From an uncultured bacterium (GTDB taxonomy: Bacteria; Chlamydiota; Chlamydiia; Chlamydiales; SM23-39), in assembly GCA_963716985.1 (NCBI GenBank), contig OY970323.1, positions 320,001-384,000 of the forward strand: a stretch of 64,000 nt of DNA, in the 5' to 3' direction. The notes beneath the pieces were generated by a model, which saw only the letters and a program-made list of their open reading frames with translations, was not told the origin of the DNA and searched no databases. This document shows positions 1 to 10,560 of this stretch, piece after piece. The first letter of the stretch is position 1. Every line of letters begins with the position of its first letter. Position numbers and translations under genes: made by a program.

Positions 1-1
1 T

Positions 2-67
2 TTTTCAAAAGAAGCGATCAAAAAACTTGAAGATGCAAAAATTTCATATAAAGTCACCCAATCATGA
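2..67 (+). CDS. rplO: 50S ribosomal protein L15, 3' end (partial)
   Basis: Frame [21 protein letters not shown] ends in an ATGA overlap with secY; canonical position upstream of secY. Confidence 0.8.
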   Translation, partial: FSKEAIKKLEDAKISYKVTQS

Positions 68-1431
68 TAGAAAGTTTGCGAAGAATTTTTTCCCTACCTG
101 AGTTGCGGACAAAGATTTTTTTCACTTTGCTGCTTCTTGCCGTTTGTCGTTTGGGAACGTTTATTCCTGTCCCGGGAATTAATGCCGATATTGCGGTGCT
201 GCTTTTCCGCAATGCGACGCGAGGATCGCAAAATCTCTTCCAGCTGATGGATATTTTCTCCGGTGGTGCTTTTGCTCACATGACCGTTTTTGCTTTAGGA
301 ATCATGCCCTACATCTCTGCTTCGATCATCATGCAGCTTGTCGTAGCCCTCATGCCCTCCTTTCAAAGAGAGATTAAGGAAAACCAGGATTTGGGAAGAA
401 AAAAGCTTTCTAAATGGACGCGCATTGGAACCATGGGGCTTTCTATTTTTCAAGCAGGAATTTTTGCAAAATATGCGGTCGGAATCAATGCGGCAACTCC
501 CGGCATTATCGTCAGCCACATGGATCAGGTACGCGCTTTTGGAGTGCCCTGGCTTTTCTATATCACGGTGATGCTGACAATGACTGCAGGAACTCTGTTT
601 CTGATGTGGATCGGAGAGCAGATTACCCAAAAAGGAATCGGAAACGGAACCAGTTTGATCATCACTGTGGGAATTCTCTCCTCCCTTCCCGGCACGATCG
701 GCTCGATTATCAAGCAGCTCAATTTGGAATCGCAGGAAGCCGGCCAGATGACCTTTTCTTCCCTTGTAATTCTGTGTTTGGTTTTCGTGCTGATCATTGT
801 AGGAACCATTTTAGTCATTCAGGGACAGAGAAAAATTCCCTTGCAATATGCGCGCCGCATGGTGGGCCCTCGTGAAATGCAGGGGGGGTCTTCCTATATC
901 CCTCTCAAAATCAATTATGCCGGGGTCATTCCGGTCATTTTTGCCTCCTCTCTCCTCATGTTTCCGGCAACGATCGGTCAGCTTTTAGGGCAGGGATGGC
1001 TCATGACTTTGTCTCAGTTTCTATCACCCGGAAGTTGGGGATACTTAAGCCTTTACGTTTTTCTTATTTTATTTTTTACCTACTTTTGGACTGCAACGCA
1101 GTTTCATCCGGAACAGATTGCCTCCGATATGAAGAAGAACGGAGCTTTTATCCCCGGAATCAGGCAGGGAAAGCCTACGCAAGAATTTTTAGAATCGACG
1201 ATGAACCGAATCACTCTTCTTGGTGGAGTTTTTTTAGCGCTTATTGCTATACTACCGGCACTTGTTTCTCGCTTGCTTGGAGTGGATAATCGTATTAGTC
1301 ATTTTTTTGGAGGAACCTCTCTTTTGATTTTGGTGGGAGTGATCCTCGACACATCGAAACAAATTGAATCGCACCTGCTTATGAAACGTTATGAAGGTTT
1401 CATGAAGAGAGGAAGAATAAGTGGCCGTTAA
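64..1431 (+). CDS. secY: Preprotein translocase subunit SecY
   Basis: Motifs [43 protein letters not shown]. Confidence 0.99.
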   Translation: MIESLRRIFSLPELRTKIFFTLLLLAVCRLGTFIPVPGINADIAVLLFRNATRGSQNLFQLMDIFSGGAFAHMTVFALGIMPYISASIIMQLVVALMPSFQREIKENQDLGRKKLSKWTRIGTMGLSIFQAGIFAKYAVGINAATPGIIVSHMDQVRAFGVPWLFYITVMLTMTAGTLFLMWIGEQITQKGIGNGTSLIITVGILSSLPGTIGSIIKQLNLESQEAGQMTFSSLVILCLVFVLIIVGTILVIQGQRKIPLQYARRMVGPREMQGGSSYIPLKINYAGVIPVIFASSLLMFPATIGQLLGQGWLMTLSQFLSPGSWGYLSLYVFLILFFTYFWTATQFHPEQIASDMKKNGAFIPGIRQGKPTQEFLESTMNRITLLGGVFLALIAILPALVSRLLGVDNRISHFFGGTSLLILVGVILDTSKQIESHLLMKRYEGFMKRGRISGR

Positions 1432-1451
1432 AGAAAAAGAGGATATGGGAC

Positions 1452-1835
1452 ATGCCAAGGATTATTGGAATTGATATTCCAGAGAATAAGAGATTAGAAG
1501 TGAGTCTGACCTACATTTATGGGATCGGAAGAAAACTTTCAAAAAAGATTCTTGAAAGTGTTGGGTTAGATCCTAATAGGAAGGCAAAAACTCTGACCGA
1601 AGAAGACATTGCCAAGATCACGGCTCTCTTGCAAGAAGAGTATACTGTAGAGGGCGATTTGCGGCGTCAGGTGCAAAACAATATCAAGCGTTTGGTCAGC
1701 ATTCATAGCTACCGCGGCATGCGTCATCGCTTAGGACTGCCGGTGCGCGGACAGAGAACGAGAACAAATGCGCGAACCCGTAAGGGCAAGAGAAAAACAG
1801 TTGCGAATAAGAAAATACAAGTAGCTAAGGGATAA
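1452..1835 (+). CDS. rpsM: 30S ribosomal protein S13
   Basis: [10 protein letters not shown]...LTYIYGIG...[15 protein letters not shown]. Confidence 0.99.
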   Translation: MPRIIGIDIPENKRLEVSLTYIYGIGRKLSKKILESVGLDPNRKAKTLTEEDIAKITALLQEEYTVEGDLRRQVQNNIKRLVSIHSYRGMRHRLGLPVRGQRTRTNARTRKGKRKTVANKKIQVAKG

Positions 1836-1851
1836 TTGAAGGAGATTTGCA

Positions 1852-2304
1852 GTGGCAAAGCAACAACAACAACAAGGTAAAACGCAAGGATCGGCAGAAA
1901 CATCTCAGTCCGGACAAAAAAAACCGACGATTCGCGCGCGAAAAAAAATCGCCAGAACCGTTCCTATGGGAGTGGCGCACGTAAAGGCAACTTTTAATAA
2001 TACGATTGTCACGATAACGGATCCTTCCGGGAATGTGATTGCATGGTCTTCTGCGGGAAAATCAAATTTTTCCGGCTCTAGGAAGTCTTCTGCATTTGCA
2101 GCGACGGTTGCTGCGCAAAATGCGGCGAAAGAAGCAATGACGTGCGGAATGAAAGAATGCGAAGTGAATCTCAACGGACCCGGTGCCGGTCGGGAATCGG
2201 CAGTGCGAGGCTTGCAGAGCGCGGGACTCACGATCCTTTCCATACGAGATATGACCCCGGTTCCTCACAACGGTTGCCGCGCCCGTAAGCGAAGACGCGT
2301 TTAA
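1852..2304 (+). CDS. rpsK: 30S ribosomal protein S11 with Q/S-rich N-terminal extension
   Basis: [35 protein letters not shown] start after GGAG. Confidence 0.99.
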   Translation: MAKQQQQQGKTQGSAETSQSGQKKPTIRARKKIARTVPMGVAHVKATFNNTIVTITDPSGNVIAWSSAGKSNFSGSRKSSAFAATVAAQNAAKEAMTCGMKECEVNLNGPGAGRESAVRGLQSAGLTILSIRDMTPVPHNGCRARKRRRV

Positions 2305-2330
2305 GATTTACTCATAAGGGAGAAAGAACA

Positions 2331-3437
2331 ATGGCAGTTAAATATGGCAAATTTGAGATGCCAGAAAAAATTATTATCGATGAATCGACGAGTCGATTGC
2401 CCATTTTTTGCCGGTTCATTGCGGAACCGTTTGAAGGTGGATTTGGGCATACGGTGGGAAATGCTTTGCGGCGCATTCTGTTGTCGGCGCTAGAAGCCCC
2501 TGCCATCATCGGGATCCGATTCGAAGGAGTGCCCCACGAATATCTCGCGGTGGATGGAGTTGTCGAAGACATCACCCATTTGATCCTGAATCTGAAAGGG
2601 GCTCTTTTACGCTATCTTCCAAGCGATGAAGAAGACCGATCGAGAAAGGCGAAGCTGCTCACGCATGCTTTAGAAGTGACCCAAGAAGATCTCGATGCCG
2701 GAAAGGGAAGCCATGTGGTGACTCTGAAGCAATTGATGGGGCCTTCTTCTCCTTATGAAATCATGAATCCCGATCATCCGATTTTCACGGTCACAAAACC
2801 CATGAAAAAGCAGGTAGACGTCCGCGTGGGTATCGGAAAGGGATATCTTCCTTCGGAAAGCAATACCACATTTGAAAAAATGGTTGATGAAATTGTCATT
2901 GATGCTTGTTTCTCTCCGATTCGTCTTGTGAACTATTTTGTGGAAAATACACGTGTCGGACAAAACATCGATTATGACCGTTTGATTTTGGAAGTGACGA
3001 CCGATGGGCGTATTACTCCTCAAGAAGCACTTACCTTTGCGACGCAGATCGGCATTCAGCATTTGCAAGTATTTGAACAGCTCAAGACGCACGAGCTCAC
3101 CTTTGATAAGGGCGAAGTGGAAGCGAATAAAGAGCGCGATGAAATGATGAAGAAACTCTGTTTGAAGATCGGGGAAATTGAACTTTCCGTACGTTCTACA
3201 AATTGCCTTCAGCTTGCAAATATTGATACGATTGGAGAACTCGTTGTGATGCCGGAAGCAGAAATGTTGAAGTTTCGCAATTTTGGCAAGAAATCTCTGA
3301 CCGAGATCAAGGAAAAGCTCGAGGAAATGGGCTTAAGTCTTGGCATGGATTTGAGCAAATACAACATCACAAAAGACAATATTAAGGCAACGATTCAAAA
3401 ATTCATGGAAGAAAACGCAGGGAAAGAAGAGACATGA
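2331..3437 (+). CDS. rpoA: RNA polymerase alpha subunit
   Basis: [21 protein letters not shown]; alpha-[12 protein letters not shown]...NFGKKSL. Confidence 0.99.
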   Translation: MAVKYGKFEMPEKIIIDESTSRLPIFCRFIAEPFEGGFGHTVGNALRRILLSALEAPAIIGIRFEGVPHEYLAVDGVVEDITHLILNLKGALLRYLPSDEEDRSRKAKLLTHALEVTQEDLDAGKGSHVVTLKQLMGPSSPYEIMNPDHPIFTVTKPMKKQVDVRVGIGKGYLPSESNTTFEKMVDEIVIDACFSPIRLVNYFVENTRVGQNIDYDRLILEVTTDGRITPQEALTFATQIGIQHLQVFEQLKTHELTFDKGEVEANKERDEMMKKLCLKIGEIELSVRSTNCLQLANIDTIGELVVMPEAEMLKFRNFGKKSLTEIKEKLEEMGLSLGMDLSKYNITKDNIKATIQKFMEENAGKEET

Positions 3438-3862
3438 GACACGCAAAACATACATTTAAAATTGGCCGCACCGGATCCCACAATCGTTGTTTGATGGCCA
3501 ACATGCTCAAATCTCTCGTAGAGCATGGACGTATTGAAACTTCGATTACAAAGGCCAAAGAGTTGCGACGCCATGCCGATAAGCTGATCACTCTTGCGAA
3601 GAAAAACACGTTGGCAAGCCGCAGACTTGCCATTGGCCGCATGATGATTCGTTTTAATTCTCTCACGCCGAAAGAAAAGAAGCTGGCGAAAAAAGGGGAT
3701 ATCTCCTCTTATAATGGCGATCGCCTTGTGGTGACTAAGCTTTTTGGGGAGCTTCGAGAGAGGTTTCAATCGCGAAACGGCGGCTACACGAGGATCATCA
3801 AAACGGATTTTAGCGTAGGAGATCAATCTCCCAAGTGCTTGATTGAGTATTTGCAGGAATAG
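3434..3862 (+). CDS. rplQ: 50S ribosomal protein L17
   Basis: MRH...[15 protein letters not shown]...RNGGYTRI. Confidence 0.99.
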   Translation: MRHAKHTFKIGRTGSHNRCLMANMLKSLVEHGRIETSITKAKELRRHADKLITLAKKNTLASRRLAIGRMMIRFNSLTPKEKKLAKKGDISSYNGDRLVVTKLFGELRERFQSRNGGYTRIIKTDFSVGDQSPKCLIEYLQE

Positions 3863-3916
3863 GGATTCTTTCCTTGAAAGCTTCCGACTTTACATTCAAG
3901 TTTTTCTTGATTATGA

Positions 3917-4957
<1,041 letters not shown>

Positions 4958-4959
4958 AT

Positions 4960-5682
4960 GTGAATTTTACCCGTGAACCAATGATCGAAACGGTGATTAC
5001 GCCGAAAGAAGGTTGCAAACTTTCTGTGCATAGCAGCAAGGTTCCTGGACAAGAGGAGTATGTTGTAGATTCTGTGGAAGTGGTTTCCTTTGGAAGAGCC
5101 CATTTTTTTCGCTCTCTGGAAAAACCGAAGCCCTTTCTTGTTCCCGTGACGGATTATGAAATTGTGGAAGTCAAAGAAGCCCGCATGGTCCTCAAGGGAG
5201 TGGGATTTGAGAAATCGATCAAGATCGGCGGCGGCAGAGAAGCCCTACGCGAAGTGCCGGAAGAAAAGGTTTCTCCGCAGCAGGGAGAAGAGGGAGTGGC
5301 TCAAGAAGAGCCACAGCCGTCTGTCACGCCCTATCAAGAAAAGAAGCGAGGAAAGAGATATCGAAGAAAAGGCCATCATCCCCGCGATGAGTCTTTCACG
5401 CCTCAGCCCCAATCGCAAGAGTCTCCCGCGATTGCAGAGTCTTCTGAAGCGAAGAAAGAGGCGGAAGCAGCCCCTGTCGTTGTCCGCAAGTTGATTCCTC
5501 CTCCAAGCACGCTGATCAAAGAGAAGTTAGCGCGCATCAAGGGGGCTCTCGACGAAGAGCTTTTTCCTGCCAACGAAGTGACCCTTTCTGAAGGGGAGTC
5601 TCTGAAGGTAGAGGAAAAGATCGAAGAGAAAAAAGAGCCGGAAGAGGAATTTCCCTCCTTCAATCAAGACCAAATTGACTAA
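4960..5682 (+). CDS. grgA: Chlamydial transcription factor GrgA (CT504-like)
   Basis: N-terminus FTREPMIETVITPKEGCKLSV...KPFLVPVTDYE resembles chlamydial GrgA; basic central patch; next to gapA as in Chlamydia. Confidence 0.85.
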   Translation: MNFTREPMIETVITPKEGCKLSVHSSKVPGQEEYVVDSVEVVSFGRAHFFRSLEKPKPFLVPVTDYEIVEVKEARMVLKGVGFEKSIKIGGGREALREVPEEKVSPQQGEEGVAQEEPQPSVTPYQEKKRGKRYRRKGHHPRDESFTPQPQSQESPAIAESSEAKKEAEAAPVVVRKLIPPPSTLIKEKLARIKGALDEELFPANEVTLSEGESLKVEEKIEEKKEPEEEFPSFNQDQID

Positions 5683-5687
5683 TTGTT

Positions 5688-5771
<84 letters not shown>

Positions 5772-5970
5772 TTTTTCGAAAGACAACCAAAAGTTTGGTT
5801 TTCGTCTGGACGAGAAGTGAGGGGCTCTATCGACGAACCGGCGGGAAACCCGGAGTTCAGTTCCGAGCATTCTTATTGTAAGTGAGTTATGTAATGTTGC
5901 ATAACCTCCTAACAACTAAAACAAATCATTCTGGGTCAAAGTTTAGCGTCTTTAAAAATGGAAGATCCGT

Positions 5971-6023
5971 TATATGTAACAAAGGTACTCATTGACTTTT
6001 AGTGAGTGCCTGTGTTACATATA
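5971..6023 (+). promoter_or_regulatory. Putative AbiEi operator: 21-bp inverted repeat straddling the promoter
   Basis: TATATGTAACAAAGGTACTCA-N11-TGAGTGCCTGTGTTACATATA (2 mismatches); spacer contains TTGACT (-35). Confidence 0.75.
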
Positions 6024-6028
6024 GGAAT

Positions 6029-6625
6029 ATGAAACGATCTAAGTATCAACATCTTCTTGACCCCCTCCTCAAAGAGCCTATGTTCAAGGCCAGTGAGGCT
6101 CGTTCTAGGGGGATTCCCCCTCGAATGCTGGCACATTTTTGTCAGAAAGGGGTGATTGAAAGAGTTGGGCGCGGGCTATACCGGGTAGCCGAAGCCGCTA
6201 GCGGAGTAAACCTTGATTTTGAAGAGCTTGTACTCACCGTTGCGAGTATCCCTAAAGGGGTCATTTGTCTGATCTCAGCGCTTTGCTATTACAACCTGAC
6301 CGATCAGATCATGAGAGAGTATTGGATTGCCATTCCCAACACCGATAAGAGCCCGAAGCGCCCTCATACTCGAATCGTTCGAATGAGGAATATGAGCCTC
6401 GGATTAACAACTGTAAAGATGGGGAGATATAAGGTAAAAATTTTTGATCGCGAAAGAACCATTGTCGACTCATTTCGATATTTGAGCGATGAAATTGCTA
6501 TCAAGGCTCTTCAAGCCTACTTACAACCTTCTGGCAAAAAGAAGGCAGACCTGCCAAAGCTTTCAAGATATGCTAAGGAGTTAAGAATCAATATTAATTC
6601 ATATATTATGGCTTTAACAACATGA
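6029..6625 (+). CDS. abiEi: Type IV TA antitoxin, AbiEi family (wHTH)
   Basis: IERVGRGLY, GVICLISALCYYNLTDQI, ERTIVDSFRY; ATGA-coupled to the toxin gene. Confidence 0.88.
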   Translation: MKRSKYQHLLDPLLKEPMFKASEARSRGIPPRMLAHFCQKGVIERVGRGLYRVAEAASGVNLDFEELVLTVASIPKGVICLISALCYYNLTDQIMREYWIAIPNTDKSPKRPHTRIVRMRNMSLGLTTVKMGRYKVKIFDRERTIVDSFRYLSDEIAIKALQAYLQPSGKKKADLPKLSRYAKELRININSYIMALTT

Positions 6626-7464
6626 TATCTGCATTAGAACAGTCATTTAAAAAACGACTACAGCTCATTGTGAAGGAAAGAGATGTAACTCCTGCTGAAG
6701 TTTGGCAAAACGTCATCACAGAAAGATTTCTTGTGCGTCTATGCCGATCGCCTTACCACTCGCATTTTGTCCTAAAAGGAGGAACGCTATTGGCTCGGTA
6801 TATGGATATCGGCAGAGAAACAAGGGACCTGGACTTCACGATTCAACGACTCAGCAATGAAATCAGCACTTTGCAGAAGACTTTTAATGATATTGTGAGG
6901 ATTGAGGTAGAGGACGGGTTTGTTTTTATGAATCCAATCGTCGCCCCTCTCGAGCATTTTCACATGGAGTATCCCGGCGCTCACGTCAAAATAGAGGTTC
7001 GTTTTGGCAAAGCCAAATTTCCTCTCTTCATTGATCTAGGATTTGGCGATCTGGTCCAGGTGCACGAGAAAGAGTTTTTGCTTCTCTCAAATTCCAAAGG
7101 GCCTTTGTTCGAACCGTCGCTAGTAGTCAATTGCTACCCGATGGAATTTGTGTTTGCAGAGAAGCTTGAGACAGCAATCTTTCGAGGGGCTGACAACAGC
7201 CGGATGAAAGACTTTCACGATTTGTACACGCTTGTCTCTTCTGAAAAGATTTTGGATAGAAGGGATACGGCCAAAGCGATCCGGCTGGTATTCGAGCATC
7301 GAAAAACGCCGCTCCGACTCCCGATTCAATTTGACGTCTTGGAATTAGCAGCTCTACAAAAATATTGGGGGCGTTATCACCAGACGGTGACAGTTTCGGC
7401 TTGCTTGCCCAATCAAATAGGAGAATTGATCTGTCGTATTAATGATTTTTTAGTTATAAAATGA
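6622..7464 (+). CDS. abiEii: Type IV TA toxin, AbiEii/AbiGii nucleotidyltransferase
   Basis: FVLKGGTLL...RETRDLDF, AEKLET, NSRMKDFHDL. Confidence 0.9.
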   Translation: MISALEQSFKKRLQLIVKERDVTPAEVWQNVITERFLVRLCRSPYHSHFVLKGGTLLARYMDIGRETRDLDFTIQRLSNEISTLQKTFNDIVRIEVEDGFVFMNPIVAPLEHFHMEYPGAHVKIEVRFGKAKFPLFIDLGFGDLVQVHEKEFLLLSNSKGPLFEPSLVVNCYPMEFVFAEKLETAIFRGADNSRMKDFHDLYTLVSSEKILDRRDTAKAIRLVFEHRKTPLRLPIQFDVLELAALQKYWGRYHQTVTVSACLPNQIGELICRINDFLVIK

Positions 7465-7630
7465 TGAGGTTTTTGTGTCAGATAATTTAGAAGTTAATAA
7501 ACAAGTGGGAAAAGAGGCCAATGAAAAGCTTGCGCAGAGTAACCCATTGAGCCAAAAACGATATTTTTCAGGCGCCTGGTACGTCCTTAAAAACCCATGG
7601 CACGCTTGCCACGGCTTGTTAAGGAAGTTT

Positions 7631-8904
7631 TTATCCTGATGGTCTCAAAGCAATTGCTTGGTATTTTTCGCGAACTGCGCCAGCCAAGTCAAAAGGCTGT
7701 CTCCTAAACCAAGTGGTTAGATATCCCCAGAAACTCACGCCGAGTCTCGCGCATGTCTGCTTTAGCGTCAATAATCCATCCCGGAATTCTCTACCTTCTT
7801 CACTTTTGGTGGTCCCAGAAATATTTCTTCGCTTAGCTACGCCTCTGATATCCCTCTCGCTGTCATTATTGTGCAGGGGAAGACCGGGATGATCGAGTGC
7901 TTTTAGCATTTCCTCGCGATATTGGGCAAACGAGGCAATGACTTCATTAATCCCCGGGCTAATGCTTTTCATGGCGATCAACCGGTCGTATAATTCGTGT
8001 ACTTCTGCCTTGCCGGTTTGCGTTTGAGCGGCTTCTTTCAATTTGTCATACAGAATCCAAATCGCCCCTCGTACTTGTCCAAGTTCTTGTTCTGCTTCAA
8101 CAGTAGCACATTCCAATTTGCGCAAAGGACGCTCCATGTGAACCCAACATCCGGCATGATCAAAAACTGCGAATTGTCCCGCTCGATCTGACAGCAGGAC
8201 TTGACCCGGTTTTAAGATTGTTTCACTGATAAAACCGACCAACCCTGCTTCAAGACATTGTCGCCGTAGTTGTTTGCTATTGATTCCCAAACTGTTTAAC
8301 AAGCGATTGAGCCCTCTTTTTTTTCGATATTTTTTTCCCATATGCTCTTCGAGTCGGTTGAGCCAATCATTTTCCACGCCACATTGAAAGAGGTGCCATA
8401 TAAACGCTTCATTGATCGCATAACCCTCTTTTCCTTGGAGTAAGATCCTCAGGAAATTTTCTCGCGATTTACCGCAAGCCGTCGTGTAGTAGGCAAAATA
8501 TTCGCCTCCTATATGCGTGCAATACACATTTTTGTGCCGATGTTTCTCTCCGGTGTCGTCCGTGCGAATGTAGGGAGCTTCTTTAATCCCTGCAGTCAAG
8601 ATTCTTTCGCTTTCTTCGTGATACGCGTTAGATTCATTCATGAGAATGTTATGAACTTGTCCTTCAGAAATTTCGATTCCGGATCCTTGCAGAAGATCGA
8701 AAAGCCCGGGTTCGGTCATCCCCAAAGCATAGAGATTGTGAACAAGTGCACGTAGTTGATGGCCAAAGTGAGACCCTTGAATTTCAGGAGGCAACGGAGC
8801 ACGTACTATGGAACCATCGGGCAACTGCCATACTTCGAGCTTATAGGTTATCTCTTTAGGAATCATCTCCAGCTCTTGAACGACATACGTTTGGTAGCCT
8901 TTAA
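7631..8904 (-). pseudogene. IS66 transposase, C-terminal part
   Basis: Homologous by eye to 43393..45024; N-terminus disrupted. Confidence 0.85.
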
Positions 8905-9096
8905 ACCTAAAAACGGCAGTTGAACCGCTCCGCACAATCAAAACTTTCGCGATTCTCCTCTAAAAATCAATGTTATTGCTCAAATTTATCCACTCACCTA
9001 TTGGGTGGGCGTGAAAGTTCAAGATAGAATTTATTTCTGAGAGAGAAATTTACAATTTTCAGGTCATGCGGAGCGGTTCAACTGCCGTTTTTAGGT
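8905..9096. mobile_element. MITE, 192 bp, 30-bp perfect TIRs, TAA target duplication
   Basis: ACCTAAAAACGGCAGTTGAACCGCTCCGCA (8905-8934) and its exact reverse complement (9067-9096); TAA at 8902-8904 and 9097-9099. Confidence 0.92.
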
Positions 9097-9229
9097 TAAA
9101 GCGAGATCTTTCCGGGATTCCCGGAGCCGGAACATGCACTTCCTGTTGCACTTTTTGCGGAGCCATTCTATTCGCAGTGTTCGAACCTGTGCCGCTAGTA
9201 TTATTGCCGGGAGCTCCACTTCTTCCCCT

Positions 9230-9744
9230 AATCCTTTAGATGAAGCAATATATTTATCTAAACCTGAGTTTCTCAAGCATTCTTGCGCACCGCGGATTCC
9301 TCCGGATCCGCACTTGTTGTTGTATATAATTGCAAGGGCTAGTCGTTGTAATAATGCGCTGCCTGCCGGTGTTGAAAAAAACAGTGCAATCTCTTCCGCA
9401 TTTTTTGAATTTTTTTGCTTTATCCACGTTTGCATGGTGGAATTGGGAATGTTGAGAAGCTTTGTTATTTCTCGTGCTGAGTTGATACTGTTTGCATTGA
9501 CAATTACCTCAAAGGCTACAATTTTACGAGAGATTTCCGGAGAAGCTCGATGAATTTTTAATCTTTTTGCTGTTGCTTTTTGATCGGGAGTTTGGGAAAC
9601 TAAATCCATTGAATTTTTCCTTTACGACAAGTTTTTGTTTTAAGCGACAAATTGTTGTATTGGAAAAATTCTTTTTTTTACAGTTTTAACATCTCCTTTT
9701 TCAGTAATTTTTGACCGAAATTTTCTCTCTCAAAGTGAACAAGG
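9230..9744 (-). mobile_element. 5' fragment of a putative IS (DUF6399-like transposase, ORF start 9609)
   Basis: HTH-like SAREITKLLNIPNSTMQTW then GIRGAQECLRNSGLDKYIASS; fused out of frame to IS66 sequence near 9229; family recalled, not searched. Confidence 0.45.
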
Positions 9745-10012
9745 CCGATTTTTCAGATCTGAAATGAGACCAGTCCTTTATCACGTAAATGAGGAATTAA
9801 CGAGATGGGTAAAAAGGAAGTATAAAAAGATGAGAGGACACTTTGGAAGAGCCATGAATCTGTTGGGGAAAGTTGCGAAAAACAATCCTCAGCTATATGG
9901 GCATTGGAAAATGGTGAAACCTCCTTGCTGAATAATAAGAGCCGTATGAAACGAGAGTTTCACGTACGGATCCGTGGGAGCCTAAGGGGGAAGTTCCTTT
10001 GGGCTACCCGAC
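9743..10012 (+). mobile_element. Group II intron 3' remnant (maturase C-terminus plus domains V and VI)
   Basis: GRFFRSEM...LTRWVKRKYKK...PQLYGHW* (stop 9931); DV GAGCCGTATGAAACGAGAGTTTCACGTACGGATC from 9939; DVI ending CTACCCGAC. Confidence 0.9.
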
Positions 10013-10252
10013 TAACCACGCTATCCGCTGTAGTCGTTGCGGACACTGCATCTATAAGATCCACTGTCGCTCCAGCTCTGTAAGGAAAGAGCTGAAATAA
10101 GCGATGACGAAAAGTTTGGAATTTAGCTACTATTAATTCGATCATGGGGCCTTTGGTTGTTTTTTTGTCTTTCAACAAAAAATTCCAACCCATGATCATT
10201 TTTTTGGAAAGTAATTTTTTTGATTTTGCCTAAACATTAATCAACTACTGGG
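10013..10252 (-). mobile_element. 5' fragment of an IS701-like/DDE_5 transposon (ATG 10145), cut by the intron
   Basis: FRHRLFQLFPYRAGATVDLIDAVS...SVV stops exactly at the intron 3' boundary; candidate end CCCAGTAGTTGA. Confidence 0.45.
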
Positions 10253-10560
10253 CAGCGAGACTCAAATTCCTTTGAACTGATTTCGCGACAAAGGAGCGAA
10301 ATTAGTCCAAAGTCCAGATTGGTGCAATTCTTGTCTTTAAGATTCTCTTTGTCAATGCATTGAGATAATAGTAAAAATGTGTTTCGGTGCAATTCAAGAA
10401 AAAATTTCCATCATGTCAAAGAGCTGAAAATAAATTTCTCGATTGTCCTTTGTCGAGCTCTGAAAAAAGCAGGACTTTTCTCGAGTTTCTGCGTGAAGAC
10501 TGAAAAAATATTTTACAAATAGTTGTTAAAAAATGAGAGTGTTTGGTAAATTTTTTCCTT

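Larger units (their letters stand above)
7579..9228 (-). mobile_element. IS66-family single-ORF element, 5'-truncated and MITE-interrupted
   Basis: DDTG, SDRAGQF, CWVHMER, PLHNNDSERDIR motifs; end GTACGTCCTTAAAAA at 7579 resembles the TIR of the IS66 at 43301; frame resumes across the MITE (...PERSRF/KGYQ...). Confidence 0.85.

Noticed and set aside
2305..2330. Absence of rpsD between rpsK and rpoA
   Set aside because: Normal arrangement in Chlamydiota
9091..9229. C-terminal part of the 172-aa ORF
   Set aside because: Out-of-frame read-through into IS66 sequence
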